A stretch of DNA of 64,000 nucleotides from an uncultured candidatus Porisulfidus sp. (lineage in GTDB: Bacteria; Pseudomonadota; Gammaproteobacteria; Poriferisulfidales; Poriferisulfidaceae). Numbering within the stretch: position 1 is the stretch's first letter; each line of letters begins with the position of its first letter. The stretch is from contig OZ241993.1 in assembly GCA_965204575.1 (NCBI GenBank), positions 1,344,001 to 1,408,000 on the forward strand. Reading direction: 5' to 3'. Of this stretch, positions 32,812-50,014 are shown in pieces. The position numbers were made by a program, and so were the translations under genes. The notes beneath the pieces are model-generated. The model saw only the letters and a list, made by a program, of their open reading frames with translations. It did not search any database and had not been told where the DNA came from.

Positions 32812-33765
32812 GTGGCTGCTGAAAAACTTCGTCCGGCACGGCGGAGGGTCGTCGGCACGGATGATGCCGGACGACGTCTGGACAATTTCCTGCTGACGCG
32901 GGTGGAGGTGCCGCGCCAAGTCGTCTACCAATGGATCCGCACCGGCCAGGTTCGGGTCAACCGCGGCCGGGCGAAGCCGTCTTGCCGCCTCAGGGCGGAC
33001 GACGAAGTGCGGATTCCTCCGCACAGCCCGGAGGGGCAGGATCGACCCGATTCGCCGGTTCCGGACATTCCGGTGCCGGTGCTATACGAAGATGCAGATT
33101 TGCTGATTGTCGACAAGCTGGCTGGACTGGCCGTGCATGGCGGCAGCCGGATCCGCTTCGGGTTGATCGATGTGCTGCGGCAGGGCCGGGGTGAGGACGG
33201 ATTCCTGGAATTGGTGCATCGGCTGGACCGAGGCAGCAGCGGGTGCCTCGCCCTGGCCCGCAATCGCAGCGCATTGCTCGGGCTGCAGGCTCAATTCCGG
33301 AAGAGGGCGGTGCAGAAAACCTATTGGGCGTTGGTGGCCGGGCAATGGCCGGAACAGGTCCGGGAGATCCGCCAGCCTCTCCGCATCAACCGCCACCATG
33401 CCAAGCACCGAAAGGCGGTCGTCGACGAAAAGGGCAGGGAGACGCACAGCCGGTTCCGGCCGCTTGAGCAGTTCGTGCAAAGCTGCTTGGTAGAGGCTCG
33501 CATCGAGACCGGGCGGACCCACCAGATCCGGGTGCATGCCAGCGAAGCCGGGTGCCCGGTCGTCGGAGACGACCGCTATGGCAACAGGCAGGTCAATAGC
33601 TGGGCGCGGGAACAGGGGTTCAGGCGACTGTTCCTGCATGCGCGATCGCTGGGTTTCGCCCATCCGACGCACGGGACTCCGGTGACGGTGCGGGCGCCCT
33701 TGGATCCGACCTGCAAAAAGCTCCTGGCCGCATTGCGGCGCGAGACCTGCGACCATTCACTATAA
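32812..33765 (+). CDS. rluC: RluA-family pseudouridine synthase, RluC-like
   Basis: S4 domain RLDNFL, HRLDR, TGRTHQIRVH. Confidence 0.85.
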   Translation: MAAEKLRPARRRVVGTDDAGRRLDNFLLTRVEVPRQVVYQWIRTGQVRVNRGRAKPSCRLRADDEVRIPPHSPEGQDRPDSPVPDIPVPVLYEDADLLIVDKLAGLAVHGGSRIRFGLIDVLRQGRGEDGFLELVHRLDRGSSGCLALARNRSALLGLQAQFRKRAVQKTYWALVAGQWPEQVREIRQPLRINRHHAKHRKAVVDEKGRETHSRFRPLEQFVQSCLVEARIETGRTHQIRVHASEAGCPVVGDDRYGNRQVNSWAREQGFRRLFLHARSLGFAHPTHGTPVTVRAPLDPTCKKLLAALRRETCDHSL

Positions 33766-33786
33766 TGAGGTCGCACCACGGGCCGG

Positions 33787-33862
33787 GCTGGCGTAGCTCA
33801 GGTGGTAGAGCAGCTGTCTTGTAAACAGCAGGTCGGGGGTTCGAATCCTCTCGCCAGCTCCA
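33787..33862 (+). tRNA. tRNA-Thr(UGU)
   Basis: Cloverleaf, anticodon TGT, CCA end. Confidence 0.96.
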
Positions 33863-33959
33863 TGTGGTTTTTTTGCACCTAAATCCCGGTTTTGCACGGC
33901 ATTTTTTGCCCGGCAAGGCACTCAAATTATGATATAATCCATACTTTAGCCTAATTTTG

Positions 33960-34044
33960 GGAGGGGTACCCAAGCGGTCAACGGGGGCAGACTGTAAATC
34001 TGCTGGCTCAGCCTTCGTAGGTTCGAATCCTACCCCCTCCACCA
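33960..34044 (+). tRNA. tRNA-Tyr(GUA)
   Basis: Anticodon GTA, long variable arm, ACCA end. Confidence 0.96.
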
Positions 34045-34077
34045 GGGGGCTGCAGACCAGCGGAAACAGCGGGTTGG

Positions 34078-34151
34078 GCGGGTGTAGTTCAACGGTAGAA
34101 CCTCAGCCTTCCAAGCTGATAGTGGCGGTTCGATTCCGCTCACCCGCTCCA
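34078..34151 (+). tRNA. tRNA-Gly(UCC)
   Basis: Anticodon TCC, TCCA end. Confidence 0.96.
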
Positions 34152-34176
34152 CTGCCGCCGGCGGCGAAGGGACGCG

Positions 34177-34252
<76 letters not shown>

Positions 34253-34289
34253 GATTGAGACGACAACCTAACCACGAGGAGACAGAACG

Positions 34290-35480
<1,191 letters not shown>

Positions 35481-35529
35481 CCGGCCAGGCATCGCTTCAG
35501 GCCGAAGGGTGGTAAAGTCATGTCTGCAA

Positions 35530-35605
35530 AGGCCAGTAGCTCAATTGGTAGAGCAGCGGTCTCCAAAACCGCAGGTTGGGGGTTCGAGTCCCTCCTGGCC
35601 TGCCA
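35530..35605 (+). tRNA. tRNA-Trp(CCA)
   Basis: Anticodon CCA; canonical position between tuf and secE. Confidence 0.96.
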
Positions 35606-35623
35606 GCGATGGGAGGCCGTGTA

Positions 35624-35995
35624 ATGGTGCAGGAACGCATCGAGTCGAGCCTCTCGCAAGCGGACATCGCCCGCTGGGCGGTCGTGGCCGCGCTGCTGGT
35701 GACGGGAATCGCCGGCTTTTACTATTTCGCGGATCAAGCGCTCCTGTATCGGGTGCTGGGCTTGGTCGCATTGTTCGCAGCGGCGGCGGCCGTTGCAGCG
35801 GGCTCGGCGCACGGGCAGCGCTTTCTGGGCTTCATGCGCGAATCCCGCGCCGAAGTGCGCAAGATGGTGTGGGCCACCCGCGCGGAAACCCTGCAGACCT
35901 CCTTGGTGGTATTCGCGGCGGTGATCGTGATGGCCCTGTTCCTGTGGCTTCTGGATCGGCTCCTCTCTTGGGGGGTCAGCCTGCTTCTGGGGTGA
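35624..35995 (+). CDS. secE: Preprotein translocase SecE (3 TM)
   Basis: EVRKMVWATRAETLQT. Confidence 0.93.
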   Translation: MVQERIESSLSQADIARWAVVAALLVTGIAGFYYFADQALLYRVLGLVALFAAAAAVAAGSAHGQRFLGFMRESRAEVRKMVWATRAETLQTSLVVFAAVIVMALFLWLLDRLLSWGVSLLLG

Positions 35996-36000
35996 GGACG

Positions 36001-36564
36001 ATGACGGAAGAAACCTCCCGGGAAAGCGACCAAGGACTGCAATGGTACGCGGTTCACGCCTACTCCAACTACGAGGAGCAGGTGCGCACCCAACTTGAGG
36101 AGCGAATCGAGCGCCTCGGCAAGCAAGACGAATTCGGACGCATCGAAGTGCCGTCGGAAGCCAGCATCGAGCTGCGCGACGGCAAGCAGAAGGTGATCCG
36201 ACGCAAGACCTTCCCCGGCTATGTCCTGGTCCAGATGAAATGGTCCGAGGAAAACTGGCATCTGGTGCGCAACACGCCGAAGGTGCTGGGCTTCATCGGC
36301 GGCGCACGCCATCACCCGGAACCGATCCCGGACTCTCAGGTCGAATCCATCCTGGAGCGGGCCGAAGAAGGGCAGACGGCGCCGCGGATCAAGGTGATGT
36401 ACGAGCCGGGCCAGGTGGTCCGGGTCATCGACGGGCCGTTCAACGACTTCAACGGCGTGGTCGAAGAGGCCAACCATGAAAAGGGCCGCCTGCGCGTCGC
36501 CATCCAGATTTTCGGACGTTCCACGCCGGTCGAGTTGAGTTTCGACCAGGTCACCAAGGACTGA
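36001..36564 (+). CDS. nusG: Transcription factor NusG
   Basis: WYAVHAYS, FPGYVLV, KOW GPFNDF, IFGRSTPVEL. Confidence 0.96.
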   Translation: MTEETSRESDQGLQWYAVHAYSNYEEQVRTQLEERIERLGKQDEFGRIEVPSEASIELRDGKQKVIRRKTFPGYVLVQMKWSEENWHLVRNTPKVLGFIGGARHHPEPIPDSQVESILERAEEGQTAPRIKVMYEPGQVVRVIDGPFNDFNGVVEEANHEKGRLRVAIQIFGRSTPVELSFDQVTKD

Positions 36565-36573
36565 GGTCCCGCC

Positions 36574-37005
36574 ATGGCAGACAAGGACATCCAGGCGTAC
36601 GTCAAGCTGCAGGTGCCGGCGGGCTCCGCCAACCCGGCGCCTCCGGTCGGCCCGGCCCTGGGCCAGCACGGCCTGGCCATCCAGGACTTCTGCAAGGCCT
36701 TCAACGATCGCACGGCATCGATGGAGAAAGGAATGCCGTTGCCGGTGGTGATCACGGTGTACGCCGACCGCAGTTTCGACTTCATCATCAAGACGCCGCC
36801 CGCCGCCGTGCTGCTGCGCAAGGCGGCCGGGATTGAAAAGGGCAGCGCGACCCCGAACTCGGAAAAAGTCGGCAAGGTGACGCGCAAGCAACTGGAGGAG
36901 ATCGCGACGGTCAAGATGCCGGACCTGAGCGCGAACGACCTGGACGCGGCCGTGAAGATCATTGCCGGAAGCGCCCGAAGCATGGGCTTGGAGATGGACC
37001 AATGA
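36574..37005 (+). CDS. rplK: 50S ribosomal protein L11
   Basis: [23 protein letters not shown]. Confidence 0.97.
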   Translation: MADKDIQAYVKLQVPAGSANPAPPVGPALGQHGLAIQDFCKAFNDRTASMEKGMPLPVVITVYADRSFDFIIKTPPAAVLLRKAAGIEKGSATPNSEKVGKVTRKQLEEIATVKMPDLSANDLDAAVKIIAGSARSMGLEMDQ

Positions 37006-37688
37006 AGAACCGTCGGATCACCGAGACCCGGGCCAAGATCGATGTGCTGCAACTGTACCCGGTCGACGAGGCGGTCGAACTGGTGCGCACGGCGAGCGGG
37101 ACGGTGAAATTCGAGGAAAGCATCGACGTCAGCATCAACCTCGGCGTGGACCCGAAGCAGAGCGACCAGAATGTGCGCGGGGCGATGGTCCTGCCGCAAG
37201 GCACGGGCAAACGGACACGAGTGGCCGTATTCGCGCAGGGCGACCCGGCGCAGGCCGCAACCGACGCGGGCGCCGACGTGGTCGGCCTGGAAGACTTGGC
37301 GGAACGGATCAAGGGCGGCGACCTCGATTTCAGCGCGGTGGTCGCGACGCCGGACAGCATGCCCGTCGTGGGGGCACTGGGGCAGATACTGGGCCCGCGC
37401 GGCCTGATGCCGAACCCGAAAACCGGGACGGTGACGCCGGACGTTGCCACGGCGGTCAAGAACGCCAAGGCGGGGCAGATCCGCTATCGCACTGACAAAG
37501 GCGGCATCGTGCACTGCTCGATCGGGCGGGCCGGTTTCGAGGCGGCGGCGCTGGCCGAGAACCTCCGCGCCCTGATTGCGGAACTGATCCGGACCAAGCC
37601 GGCCTCCTCCAAGGGGGTGTACATCCAGCGCATCACCATGTCCCCGACCATGGGGCCGGGCATCCGGGTGGACCCGGCGACGGTGTAA
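37002..37688 (+). CDS. rplA: 50S ribosomal protein L1
   Basis: [19 protein letters not shown]. Confidence 0.97.
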   Translation: MKNRRITETRAKIDVLQLYPVDEAVELVRTASGTVKFEESIDVSINLGVDPKQSDQNVRGAMVLPQGTGKRTRVAVFAQGDPAQAATDAGADVVGLEDLAERIKGGDLDFSAVVATPDSMPVVGALGQILGPRGLMPNPKTGTVTPDVATAVKNAKAGQIRYRTDKGGIVHCSIGRAGFEAAALAENLRALIAELIRTKPASSKGVYIQRITMSPTMGPGIRVDPATV

Positions 37689-37717
37689 GGCGGACGGGAG
37701 AACCTGAGGAACGGATC

Positions 37718-38248
37718 ATGGCGCGCACACGCGAAGAAAAGGAAGCCATCGTGCAGGAAGTGACGCAGGTCGCGGCCCGCGCGCATTCGCTGGTGGCGGC
37801 GGAGTACCGGGGCATGAGCGTGACCGAGTTGACCCGCCTGCGTCGACAGGCCCGGGATTACGGCGTCTACGTCCGGGTGGTCAAGAACAACCTGGCCAAG
37901 AAGGCGCTGGACGGCACGGACTACGCGTGCGCGCAGGAGCGCCTGATCGGCCCCCTGCTGCTCGGCTTCTCCGAGGAGCAGCCGATGGACGGCCCGCGCC
38001 TGTTCCGGGATTTCAGCAAGGAAAACGAATTGCTGGAACTCAAGTTCGGCGCCATGGACGGCGCTGTGCTGGAAGTGGCCGATGTGCGGAAGCTGGCAGA
38101 CCTGCCGACCCGCGACGAGGCCTTGGCACAACTGATGGCAGTCATGCGTGCGCCGATCGAAAAGATGGTGCGCATGACGGCCGACATTCCAAGCAGGCTG
38201 GTGCGCACGCTGGCGGCACACCGCGACCGCCAGCAGGCGGCATCCTGA
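37718..38248 (+). CDS. rplJ: 50S ribosomal protein L10
   Basis: EYRGMSV, VVKNNL, LPTRDEAL. Confidence 0.95.
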   Translation: MARTREEKEAIVQEVTQVAARAHSLVAAEYRGMSVTELTRLRRQARDYGVYVRVVKNNLAKKALDGTDYACAQERLIGPLLLGFSEEQPMDGPRLFRDFSKENELLELKFGAMDGAVLEVADVRKLADLPTRDEALAQLMAVMRAPIEKMVRMTADIPSRLVRTLAAHRDRQQAAS

Positions 38249-38280
38249 TTACTGATTGCAACCAAAGGAGTTATTGACCC

Positions 38281-38667
38281 ATGACCACAGCAAGTGTTTC
38301 CAAGGAAGACGTCCTTGACGTCATTTCCAACATGACCGTGATGGAAATCGTCGACCTGGTCTCCGCGATGGAGGAGAAGTTCGGTGTTTCCGCGGCAGCG
38401 GTGGCGGCAGCGCCGGCGGCCGGAGCGGCCGCGGCTGCGCCCGAGGAAGAAGCGGCCACCGAACGGACCGTCATGCTGGCCTCGGTCGGCGACAACAAGA
38501 TCGGGGTCATCAAAGTGATCCGCGCGGCCACCGGCCTGGGACTGAAAGAGTCCAAGGAAATGGCGGAAGGTGCACCGTGCGCGGTGAAAGAGGAGGTTCC
38601 CGTCGAAGAGGCCGAGGAACTGAAGAAACAGTTGGAGGAAGCGGGCGCAACCGTCGAACTGAAGTAA
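38281..38667 (+). CDS. rplL: 50S ribosomal protein L7/L12
   Basis: [26 protein letters not shown]. Confidence 0.97.
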   Translation: MTTASVSKEDVLDVISNMTVMEIVDLVSAMEEKFGVSAAAVAAAPAAGAAAAAPEEEAATERTVMLASVGDNKIGVIKVIRAATGLGLKESKEMAEGAPCAVKEEVPVEEAEELKKQLEEAGATVELK

Positions 38668-38705
38668 TCAGTGCGCGGTTTCGCAATCAATCATGACGTG
38701 GCGGC

Positions 38706-38733
38706 GCGCCGGGCGTGCCGACGGCGTTTTTTT
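38706..38733 (+). terminator. Possible attenuator between rplL and rpoB
   Basis: GC stem (GCGCCG...CGGCGT) followed by a T run. Confidence 0.45.
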
Positions 38734-38756
38734 AACTGACGATCACTGAGGTGGGC

Positions 38757-41700
38757 ATGCCTTATTCCTACACCGAGAAAAAACGCATTCGGAAAGATTT
38801 CGGAAAGCTTCCGGAAGTACTCCCGATTCCGGACATGCTGCAGGTCCAGCGCGAGTCTTACCGCGATTTCCTGCAGGTCGACGTCCCGGCGAAGAAACGC
38901 AAGGACCAGGGCATTCAGGCGGTACTGAATGCGGCGTTTCCGATTATCAGCCATGCCGGGCATATCGAGCTGAGCAGCCTGAAGTACGAACTCGGAGAAC
39001 CGCGCTTCAACGTGCGCGAGTGCCAGAGGCGGGGCCAGACATACATGGCGCCCCTGAGGATCAAGACGCGGATGGTCATCCACGAGAAGGATTCGCCCAA
39101 GGGCGCGCCGCGCAAGGTCAAGGAAATCAAGGAACAGGACGTGTACCTGGGCGACATCCCGCTGATGACCGAGCATGGCACGTTCGTGATCAATGGCACG
39201 GAGCGGGTGGTCGTATCCCAGCTGTTGCAGTCACCGGGCGTCATCTTCACCGACGACAAGGGGCGAAGCCATTCCTCGGGCAAGATCCTCCACCATGCCC
39301 GAATCAAACCGGAATATGGATCCTGGCTGGAGTTCGGATTCGACCACAAGGACCTGTTGTACCTGAGGGTAGACAGCCGCCGCAAGATTCCGGCAACGAT
39401 CCTGCTGCGCGCGATCGGCATGTCGGAAGAAGAGATCCTGGAAACCTTCACGACGCGCTGCCCGGTGCGGATGGAGCAGTGGCGCGAGGTTCCGCTGACG
39501 CTGCTTGAGGGCGCGAAGCCGGCATTCCCGCTGGTGGATGCCGGAAAGGGAGACGTGGTCCTGAACAAGGGCAAGAAGGTGACGCCGACCGCGATCACCA
39601 AGCTGACCCAGGCCGGGGTGGAGAACGTGCTGGCGCCGCAGGATTTCCTGCAGGACCTGCTGACGCCCGGCGGGGAGGATGACGCCTATGTCTTCGACGC
39701 GAACGGATGGCAGGCGCGTCCGGCTTCGCTGGTCGGCAAGAAACTGCCGCTGACGCTGCTGCACGAAGACCGCATCGCGGTTAAGGCCGGCACCAAGCTG
39801 ACGGCGGCCCGGGCCGGGAAACTGCCGGAGCTTTGCGCCATTTCCCTGCCGCTGCGCAGCCGGTTCTTCATCGGGGTGGAGAACTTCCAGCGTCAGAAAC
39901 TGTCGTTCGATATTCGTGCGGAGAAGGCCGGTGTGGAAGTGCGGGCCGGGCGCACCCTCATGCCGATCCATGTGAAGAAGCTGCTGGAGGCGGGGCAGAA
40001 GGAAATCGAGGTCCCGGCTTCGTTCTTCTACGATCGCGCGCTGGCGCGCGACCTGTTCGACCCTGAAACCGGGGAGATCTACGGGCGGTTGCGTCTCAAC
40101 GCCCTGCTCGACGAGGACCTGCTGGGGGAATTGATGAGCCTGCCGGTCACGGGATTCGAAATCATCCAGAATTCCGAAGCGACCCAGAGCATTCCCGGCA
40201 CCCTGCGCACGGACGACTTCCATTTCCGTCCGCCCCGGTACAGTCCGGAGGCGGTGACCCTGGAAGCCCAGACCTACATTTACCGCATCCTGCGCCCCAG
40301 CGAACCGATTACGGCGGAGACGGTGCGGAATTACTTCAACAACCTGTTTTTCAACGCGGAGCGCTACGACCTCTCCCCGGTGGGGCGGATGCGGCTGAAT
40401 CGCCGGTTGCGGCGCGACAGCATGCAGGGCCTGGGGATCCTCGAGGTCAAGGACATCATCGATGTGCTGCAGGTCCTGATCGACATCCACCAGGGCCGCG
40501 ATGTCGTGGACGATGTGGACCACCTGGGCAATCGCCGGGTGCGTTGCGTCGGCGAGCAGGTGGAGCAGGCTTTCCGGACGGGGCTGTCCCGGGTGCAGCG
40601 GGCGGTCAAGGAGCGCCTGACCCAGGTCGAGGCGGATGATCTGACCGTACAGGACATGGTCAACGCCAAGCCGGTGTCCGCGGCGATCAAGGAATTCTTC
40701 GGCTCCAGCCAGTTGTCCCAGTTCATGGATCAGAACAACCCGCTGGCGGAAGTGACGCACAAGCGCCGGATTTCCGCGCTGGGGCCGGGCGGCCTGACTC
40801 GCGAGCGGGCCGGCTTCGAGGTGCGCGACGTGCATCCGACCCACTACGGGCGGGTCTGTCCGATCGAGACCCCGGAAGGGCCGAACATCGGCCTGATCAA
40901 TTCCCTGGCGGTCTACGCCCGGCTCAACAATTTCGGCTTCCTCGAGACCCCGTACCGGAAGGTGACCGACGGCCGGGTCACGGATCAGATCGACTACCTG
41001 TCGGCGATCGAGGAAGGGCAGTACATCATCGCGCAGGCGAATGCGGCGCTGGACCAGGATCGCCGATTCACCGACCAGCTGGTGTCCTGCCGGCACCAGA
41101 AGGAGTTCATGATGGAGCGGCCGGAGAAGATCGACTACATCGATGTCTCGCCGCGCCAGATCGTTTCGGTGGCGGCCTCGCTGATCCCGTTTTTGGAGCA
41201 CGACGACGCCAACCGGGCACTGATGGGGTCGAACATGATGCGCCAGGCGGTGCCGACCCTGCGCGCCGAAAAACCCCTGGTCGGAACCGGCATGGAACGC
41301 GCGGTCGCGGTGGACTCCGGGGCCATGGTGCTGGCGCACCGCGGCGGCACGGTGCACGACGTGGACGCCAACCGGATCGTCGTGCGGGTCGAGGACGAGG
41401 AGGCCGGCGAAGGGCAGTCCGGCGTAGACATCTACAACCTGACCAAGTACATCCGCTCCAACCAGAGCACTTGCATCAACCAGCACCCTCGGGTGCGTCC
41501 GGGTGACGGCATCGAAAAGGGCGACGTGCTGGCGGACGGCTCAGCCACGGACTTGGGCGAGTTGGCGGTCGGGCAGAACATGCTGGTCGCGTTCATGCCA
41601 TGGAACGGCTACAACTTCGAGGACTCCATCGTGCTCTCGGAACGGGTGCTGGAAGAGGACCGCTACACCACGATCCACATCGAGGAACTGACCTGCGTGG

Positions 41701-43274
41701 CGCGCGAGACCAAGATGGGGGCGGAGGAGATCACCGCCGACATCCCGAACGTCAGTGAAGGATTGCTGGGCAAGCTCGACGAGTGCGGCGTGGTTTACAT
41801 CGGTGCGGAGGTTCGCCCGAACGACATCCTGGTCGGCAAGGTCACGCCGAAAGGGGAGACCCAGCTGACTCCGGAGGAGAAATTGCTGCGCGCGATCTTC
41901 GGCGAGAAGGCGTCCGAGGTGAAGGACACCTCGCTGCGCGTGCCTTCGGGGATGGAGGGCACGGTGATCGACGTGCAGATCTTCACGCGCGAAGGCGAAA
42001 CCAAGGACGCGCGCGCGGTCGAGGTCGAAGCCATTGCGGTCGAGCAGGCGCGCAAGGACATGAAAGACCAGTTGCGCATCTACGAGGAAGACATCTACTT
42101 GCGTGCCCGCACCCTGATGGAAGGCAAGATGGCGGACAAGGGGCCAAAGAAGAAAGGCGGCTTCACGGTCACCGCGGCATACCTGGACGGCTTGGAGCGC
42201 AAGGACTGGTTCAAGATCAGCCTGCGCCAGGAGAAGCTCAGCCGCGGCCTGGAAGCGCTGCAGAAGCGGTTGCAGTCTCAGAGCCAGTTCCTGAATCAGC
42301 AATTCGAGCATCAGAAAGAGAAGATCGAGGCGGGAAGCGAACTGGCCCCCGGCGTGCTGAAGACGATCAAGGTCTCGCTGGCGGTCAAGCGGCGCATGCA
42401 GCCGGGCGACAAGATGGCCGGGCGGCACGGCAACAAGGGCGTGGTCTCCATGGTGGTCCCGGTCGAGGACATGCCGTACATGGAAGACGGCACACCGGTC
42501 GACATCGTGCTCAATCCCCTCGGCGTCCCGTCGCGGATGAATGTCGGGCAGGTGCTGGAAACCCACCTGGGCTGGGCGGCGAAGACGCTCGGCGCGCAGG
42601 TTCGCCAGTTGCTCGAACAGACTCCCAAGGCGACCGAGATTCGCCAGTTCCTGGAGCGGATCTACCAGGGCGCCGGGAACCCGGAAGTGAAACTCGGCGG
42701 CTTCAATGCGGAGGAGATCCGCAACCTGGCGGAAAACCTGTGCGACGGCATTCCGGTCGGCACGCCGGTGTTCGACGGCGCCAACGAGCAGGAAGTCAAG
42801 ACGATGCTGGAACTGGCAGGGCTGCCGACCAGCGGACAGACGCGGTTGTACGACGGGCGAACCGGGAATGCGTTCGACCGCGAAGTGACCGTCGGCTACA
42901 TGTACATGCTCAAGCTCAACCACCTGGTGGACGACAAGATGCACGCGCGCTCCACCGGGCCGTACAGCCTGGTCACCCAGCAGCCGCTTGGCGGGAAGGC
43001 GCAGTTTGGCGGCCAGCGCTTCGGCGAGATGGAGGTGTGGGCGCTCGAGGCCTACGGCGCCAGCTACACCCTGCAGGAAATGCTGACCGTGAAGTCCGAC
43101 GACGTCGAGGGCCGAAACCGCGTGTACAAGAGCATCATCGGAGACGAACTGGAACTCCAGGCGTCGCTGCCCGAATCGTTCAACGTCCTGCTGCGCGAGG
43201 TGCGGGCGCTTGGCATCAACATCGACATGGAGCGCGACCGCACGCCGGATCCGCTGTCGCCCCTGCCCCTGTGA
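38757..43274 (+). CDS. rpoB: RNA polymerase beta subunit
   Basis: [42 protein letters not shown]. Confidence 0.98.
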   Translation: MPYSYTEKKRIRKDFGKLPEVLPIPDMLQVQRESYRDFLQVDVPAKKRKDQGIQAVLNAAFPIISHAGHIELSSLKYELGEPRFNVRECQRRGQTYMAPLRIKTRMVIHEKDSPKGAPRKVKEIKEQDVYLGDIPLMTEHGTFVINGTERVVVSQLLQSPGVIFTDDKGRSHSSGKILHHARIKPEYGSWLEFGFDHKDLLYLRVDSRRKIPATILLRAIGMSEEEILETFTTRCPVRMEQWREVPLTLLEGAKPAFPLVDAGKGDVVLNKGKKVTPTAITKLTQAGVENVLAPQDFLQDLLTPGGEDDAYVFDANGWQARPASLVGKKLPLTLLHEDRIAVKAGTKLTAARAGKLPELCAISLPLRSRFFIGVENFQRQKLSFDIRAEKAGVEVRAGRTLMPIHVKKLLEAGQKEIEVPASFFYDRALARDLFDPETGEIYGRLRLNALLDEDLLGELMSLPVTGFEIIQNSEATQSIPGTLRTDDFHFRPPRYSPEAVTLEAQTYIYRILRPSEPITAETVRNYFNNLFFNAERYDLSPVGRMRLNRRLRRDSMQGLGILEVKDIIDVLQVLIDIHQGRDVVDDVDHLGNRRVRCVGEQVEQAFRTGLSRVQRAVKERLTQVEADDLTVQDMVNAKPVSAAIKEFFGSSQLSQFMDQNNPLAEVTHKRRISALGPGGLTRERAGFEVRDVHPTHYGRVCPIETPEGPNIGLINSLAVYARLNNFGFLETPYRKVTDGRVTDQIDYLSAIEEGQYIIAQANAALDQDRRFTDQLVSCRHQKEFMMERPEKIDYIDVSPRQIVSVAASLIPFLEHDDANRALMGSNMMRQAVPTLRAEKPLVGTGMERAVAVDSGAMVLAHRGGTVHDVDANRIVVRVEDEEAGEGQSGVDIYNLTKYIRSNQSTCINQHPRVRPGDGIEKGDVLADGSATDLGELAVGQNMLVAFMPWNGYNFEDSIVLSERVLEEDRYTTIHIEELTCVARETKMGAEEITADIPNVSEGLLGKLDECGVVYIGAEVRPNDILVGKVTPKGETQLTPEEKLLRAIFGEKASEVKDTSLRVPSGMEGTVIDVQIFTREGETKDARAVEVEAIAVEQARKDMKDQLRIYEEDIYLRARTLMEGKMADKGPKKKGGFTVTAAYLDGLERKDWFKISLRQEKLSRGLEALQKRLQSQSQFLNQQFEHQKEKIEAGSELAPGVLKTIKVSLAVKRRMQPGDKMAGRHGNKGVVSMVVPVEDMPYMEDGTPVDIVLNPLGVPSRMNVGQVLETHLGWAAKTLGAQVRQLLEQTPKATEIRQFLERIYQGAGNPEVKLGGFNAEEIRNLAENLCDGIPVGTPVFDGANEQEVKTMLELAGLPTSGQTRLYDGRTGNAFDREVTVGYMYMLKLNHLVDDKMHARSTGPYSLVTQQPLGGKAQFGGQRFGEMEVWALEAYGASYTLQEMLTVKSDDVEGRNRVYKSIIGDELELQASLPESFNVLLREVRALGINIDMERDRTPDPLSPLPL

Positions 43275-43297
43275 GGCGGATCTGACCGGAGAACATC

Positions 43298-47524
<4,227 letters not shown>

Positions 47525-47586
47525 TTCGGTTCGAAATTCCGGGTTTTTTGCTCGCTTTAGGGCGAGTGGTCGCCTAAAATACGGGT

Positions 47587-48621
47587 ATGAGTGCCTCGAC
47601 CGCCTCTTTTACACTGCCGCGGGACCGTCGCGGACGGCCGTTGCATGACCTGCGGATCTCGGTAACCGACCGTTGCAACTTCCGCTGCACTTACTGCATG
47701 CCGAAGGAGGTCTTCAATTCCGATTACGTTTTTCTTGAGCGTTCTCGGTTGCTGACCTTTGAAGAAATCGAACGGTTGGTTCGCGTGTTCGTCGATCTGG
47801 GCGTAGTCAAGTTGCGTTTGACTGGTGGCGAACCGCTCCTTCGGCGGCATCTGGATAACTTGGTTGAACGCCTGGCCCAGATTCCGGAAATTGAGGATAT
47901 TTGCCTGACGACCAACGGCTCCCTGCTGACCGGCGAGATGGCGGCGCGCTTGGCCGAGGCCGGGCTGGGCCGGATTACGATCAGCCTCGATGGGCTCGAC
48001 AACGAAGTGTTTCAACGCCTTTCCGATGTGCAGCGCCCGGTCGACGAAGTGCTGGCGGCCATCGACCATGCGTCCGCGGCAGGCTTGGGGCCGGTCAAGG
48101 TCAATATGGTGGTCAAGCGAGGCGCCAACGAAGACCAGATTCTTCCGATGGCGGAGCATTTTCGCGGCACGGGGCATATCCTCCGTTTCATCGAGTACAT
48201 GGATGTGGGCAATGCCAACGACTGGAAACTTGATGCGGTCGTGCCCGCCGAAGAAGTCCTCCAGGTGATCGACGGGCAATGGCCGATCGAGCCTGCGGAG
48301 CCAAATTACCCGGGAGAGGTCGCGCGGCGTTGGCGTTACCGGGACGGGCAGGGCGAGATCGGTGTGATCGCGTCTGTGACCCAGCCGTTCTGCGGTGGGT
48401 GCCACCGTGCGCGCTTGAGCGCCGACGGCATGTTGTACACCTGCCTGTTCGCCTCAGACGGTCACGATTTGAAGAGCCTGCTGCGTTCAGGAGTTGACGA
48501 CGCGGCGCTGAAGCGAGACCTGATCCGCCTGTGGACGGATCGAGGGGATCAATACTCTGAGCTTCGCACTGAGGCGACGTCCAAGATTAAAAAAGTGGAG
48601 ATGTCGTATATCGGCGGCTGA
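47587..48621 (+). CDS. moaA: GTP 3',8-cyclase MoaA
   Basis: CNFRCTYC, FCGGCHRARL, C-terminal IGG. Confidence 0.96.
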   Translation: MSASTASFTLPRDRRGRPLHDLRISVTDRCNFRCTYCMPKEVFNSDYVFLERSRLLTFEEIERLVRVFVDLGVVKLRLTGGEPLLRRHLDNLVERLAQIPEIEDICLTTNGSLLTGEMAARLAEAGLGRITISLDGLDNEVFQRLSDVQRPVDEVLAAIDHASAAGLGPVKVNMVVKRGANEDQILPMAEHFRGTGHILRFIEYMDVGNANDWKLDAVVPAEEVLQVIDGQWPIEPAEPNYPGEVARRWRYRDGQGEIGVIASVTQPFCGGCHRARLSADGMLYTCLFASDGHDLKSLLRSGVDDAALKRDLIRLWTDRGDQYSELRTEATSKIKKVEMSYIGG

Positions 48622-48622
48622 G

Positions 48623-49138
48623 TCACTCGCCGAGGCGTGGCATCAATTCGACCAGGTTGCAGGGACGGGTTCGGTAGTCCAGCTGTTTCTCGATCAGTTT
48701 TTCCCAGGCATCCCGGCATGCGCCCGGGGAACCCGGCAGGCAAAACACGTAGCGGCGGTTGGCCACGCCGGCCATGGCCCGGGACTGGAGCGTAGATGTC
48801 CCGATCACTTCGTACGAGAGCGAACGGAACATTTCTCCGAAACCGTCGATCTGTTTGTCCAGCAGGGGGGAAACCGCTTCCGGCGTTCCGTCCCGCCCGG
48901 TCACGCCGGTTCCCCCGGTCGTCAGGACCACCTGGATGTCCGGCTCGACCAGCCAGGCCGAGACCCGTGCCCGGATCTGGTGGATGTCATCCGCGACAAG
49001 GTCGCGCGCCGCAAGCCGATGGCCGGCCGCCTCGATCTTCTCGGCCAGCAGGTCGCCGGATTTGTCTTGGCTTTCGCCCCGGCTGTCGGAAACCGTCAAG
49101 ACGGCAATCCCGAGAGGGATAAATTCACGATCTGTCAT
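48623..49138 (-). CDS. moaB: Molybdenum cofactor biosynthesis protein B
   Basis: AVLTVSD, TTGGTG, DGTPEA, RPCN. Confidence 0.93.
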   Translation of the reverse strand: MTDREFIPLGIAVLTVSDSRGESQDKSGDLLAEKIEAAGHRLAARDLVADDIHQIRARVSAWLVEPDIQVVLTTGGTGVTGRDGTPEAVSPLLDKQIDGFGEMFRSLSYEVIGTSTLQSRAMAGVANRRYVFCLPGSPGACRDAWEKLIEKQLDYRTRPCNLVELMPRLGE

Positions 49139-49207
49139 GAGGGCAAATCTCTTGGGGAACGATGAACGGTGTTCGTGACATAGGGGGATAAAGATGCTTC
49201 ACGTAAA

Positions 49208-50014
49208 TTATGAGGAACGAACGGCCTCGTGACGGTATCGGTCTATGTCCTCCTCCGTCATTTGCCCAGAGTCAACCAAGCGGTAGTGCTTCTCGTCAAG
49301 AATCGCGATCTCTTGCCCATCAGCACTAAATGAAAAAAGAGCGATGAGGTCATTCTCCATGAATTGTGCCGCGATAGGGCGACAGATCAACTGGGGGAAT
49401 TTTGAGGCACATAAGGCAAAGTCCTGTTCAATCTGAACAATCCCAATCTGATCGTTGCCGCCTTTCGCTTGCACTGGAAAAATATATTGGGCGCCTTGCT
49501 TATCCGTGCCGACATAAATTTCATCTGTTTCCACTTGCCCCATATCGGGAACTACGGTTCTCAGGTGGCTTTGGAGTGAGTAGCATACAACTCCTGAAAA
49601 GACGTCAAGGAGCCGGTTGTAGCGCAGTTTGGCGAGTAGCCCTTGTTCGTCACGAAGTGAGTACTGAGCAATGATCCCGGGGGTCGCATCTGGAATCTTG
49701 ATTTCAGCAAGGAGCGGGTTGGCATTAATGCGCGCCGCGCTTGCTAGGGAAAATTCATATTTCGCTTTTCCGGTTGAGCGAATCACCCACTCTTGTCCTT
49801 CAGGGGCGGACTTTTGGATAGACTCCGGTAGATCGGCGCGATAGCGAAAGCTGTAGATAACATCCCCGATGTTTTTAGGTAGTTTGATCCTGAGTCTTTC
49901 TGCTGCTTTTTCTAGTTCTTCGCGATGAAAAGGCACTTTGTCCATTTCTGGCTTATGGTTTCTAGTGAAAATGTCCTCCAATAGTCTGGAGTACCGATTG
50001 CCGCCTTTTTTCAT
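49208..50014 (-). CDS. Putative type II restriction endonuclease
   Basis: PD-(D/E)xK-like ETDEIYVG...PVQAK; ATGA-coupled to an MTase; low GC. Confidence 0.65.
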   Translation of the reverse strand: MKKGGNRYSRLLEDIFTRNHKPEMDKVPFHREELEKAAERLRIKLPKNIGDVIYSFRYRADLPESIQKSAPEGQEWVIRSTGKAKYEFSLASAARINANPLLAEIKIPDATPGIIAQYSLRDEQGLLAKLRYNRLLDVFSGVVCYSLQSHLRTVVPDMGQVETDEIYVGTDKQGAQYIFPVQAKGGNDQIGIVQIEQDFALCASKFPQLICRPIAAQFMENDLIALFSFSADGQEIAILDEKHYRLVDSGQMTEEDIDRYRHEAVRSS

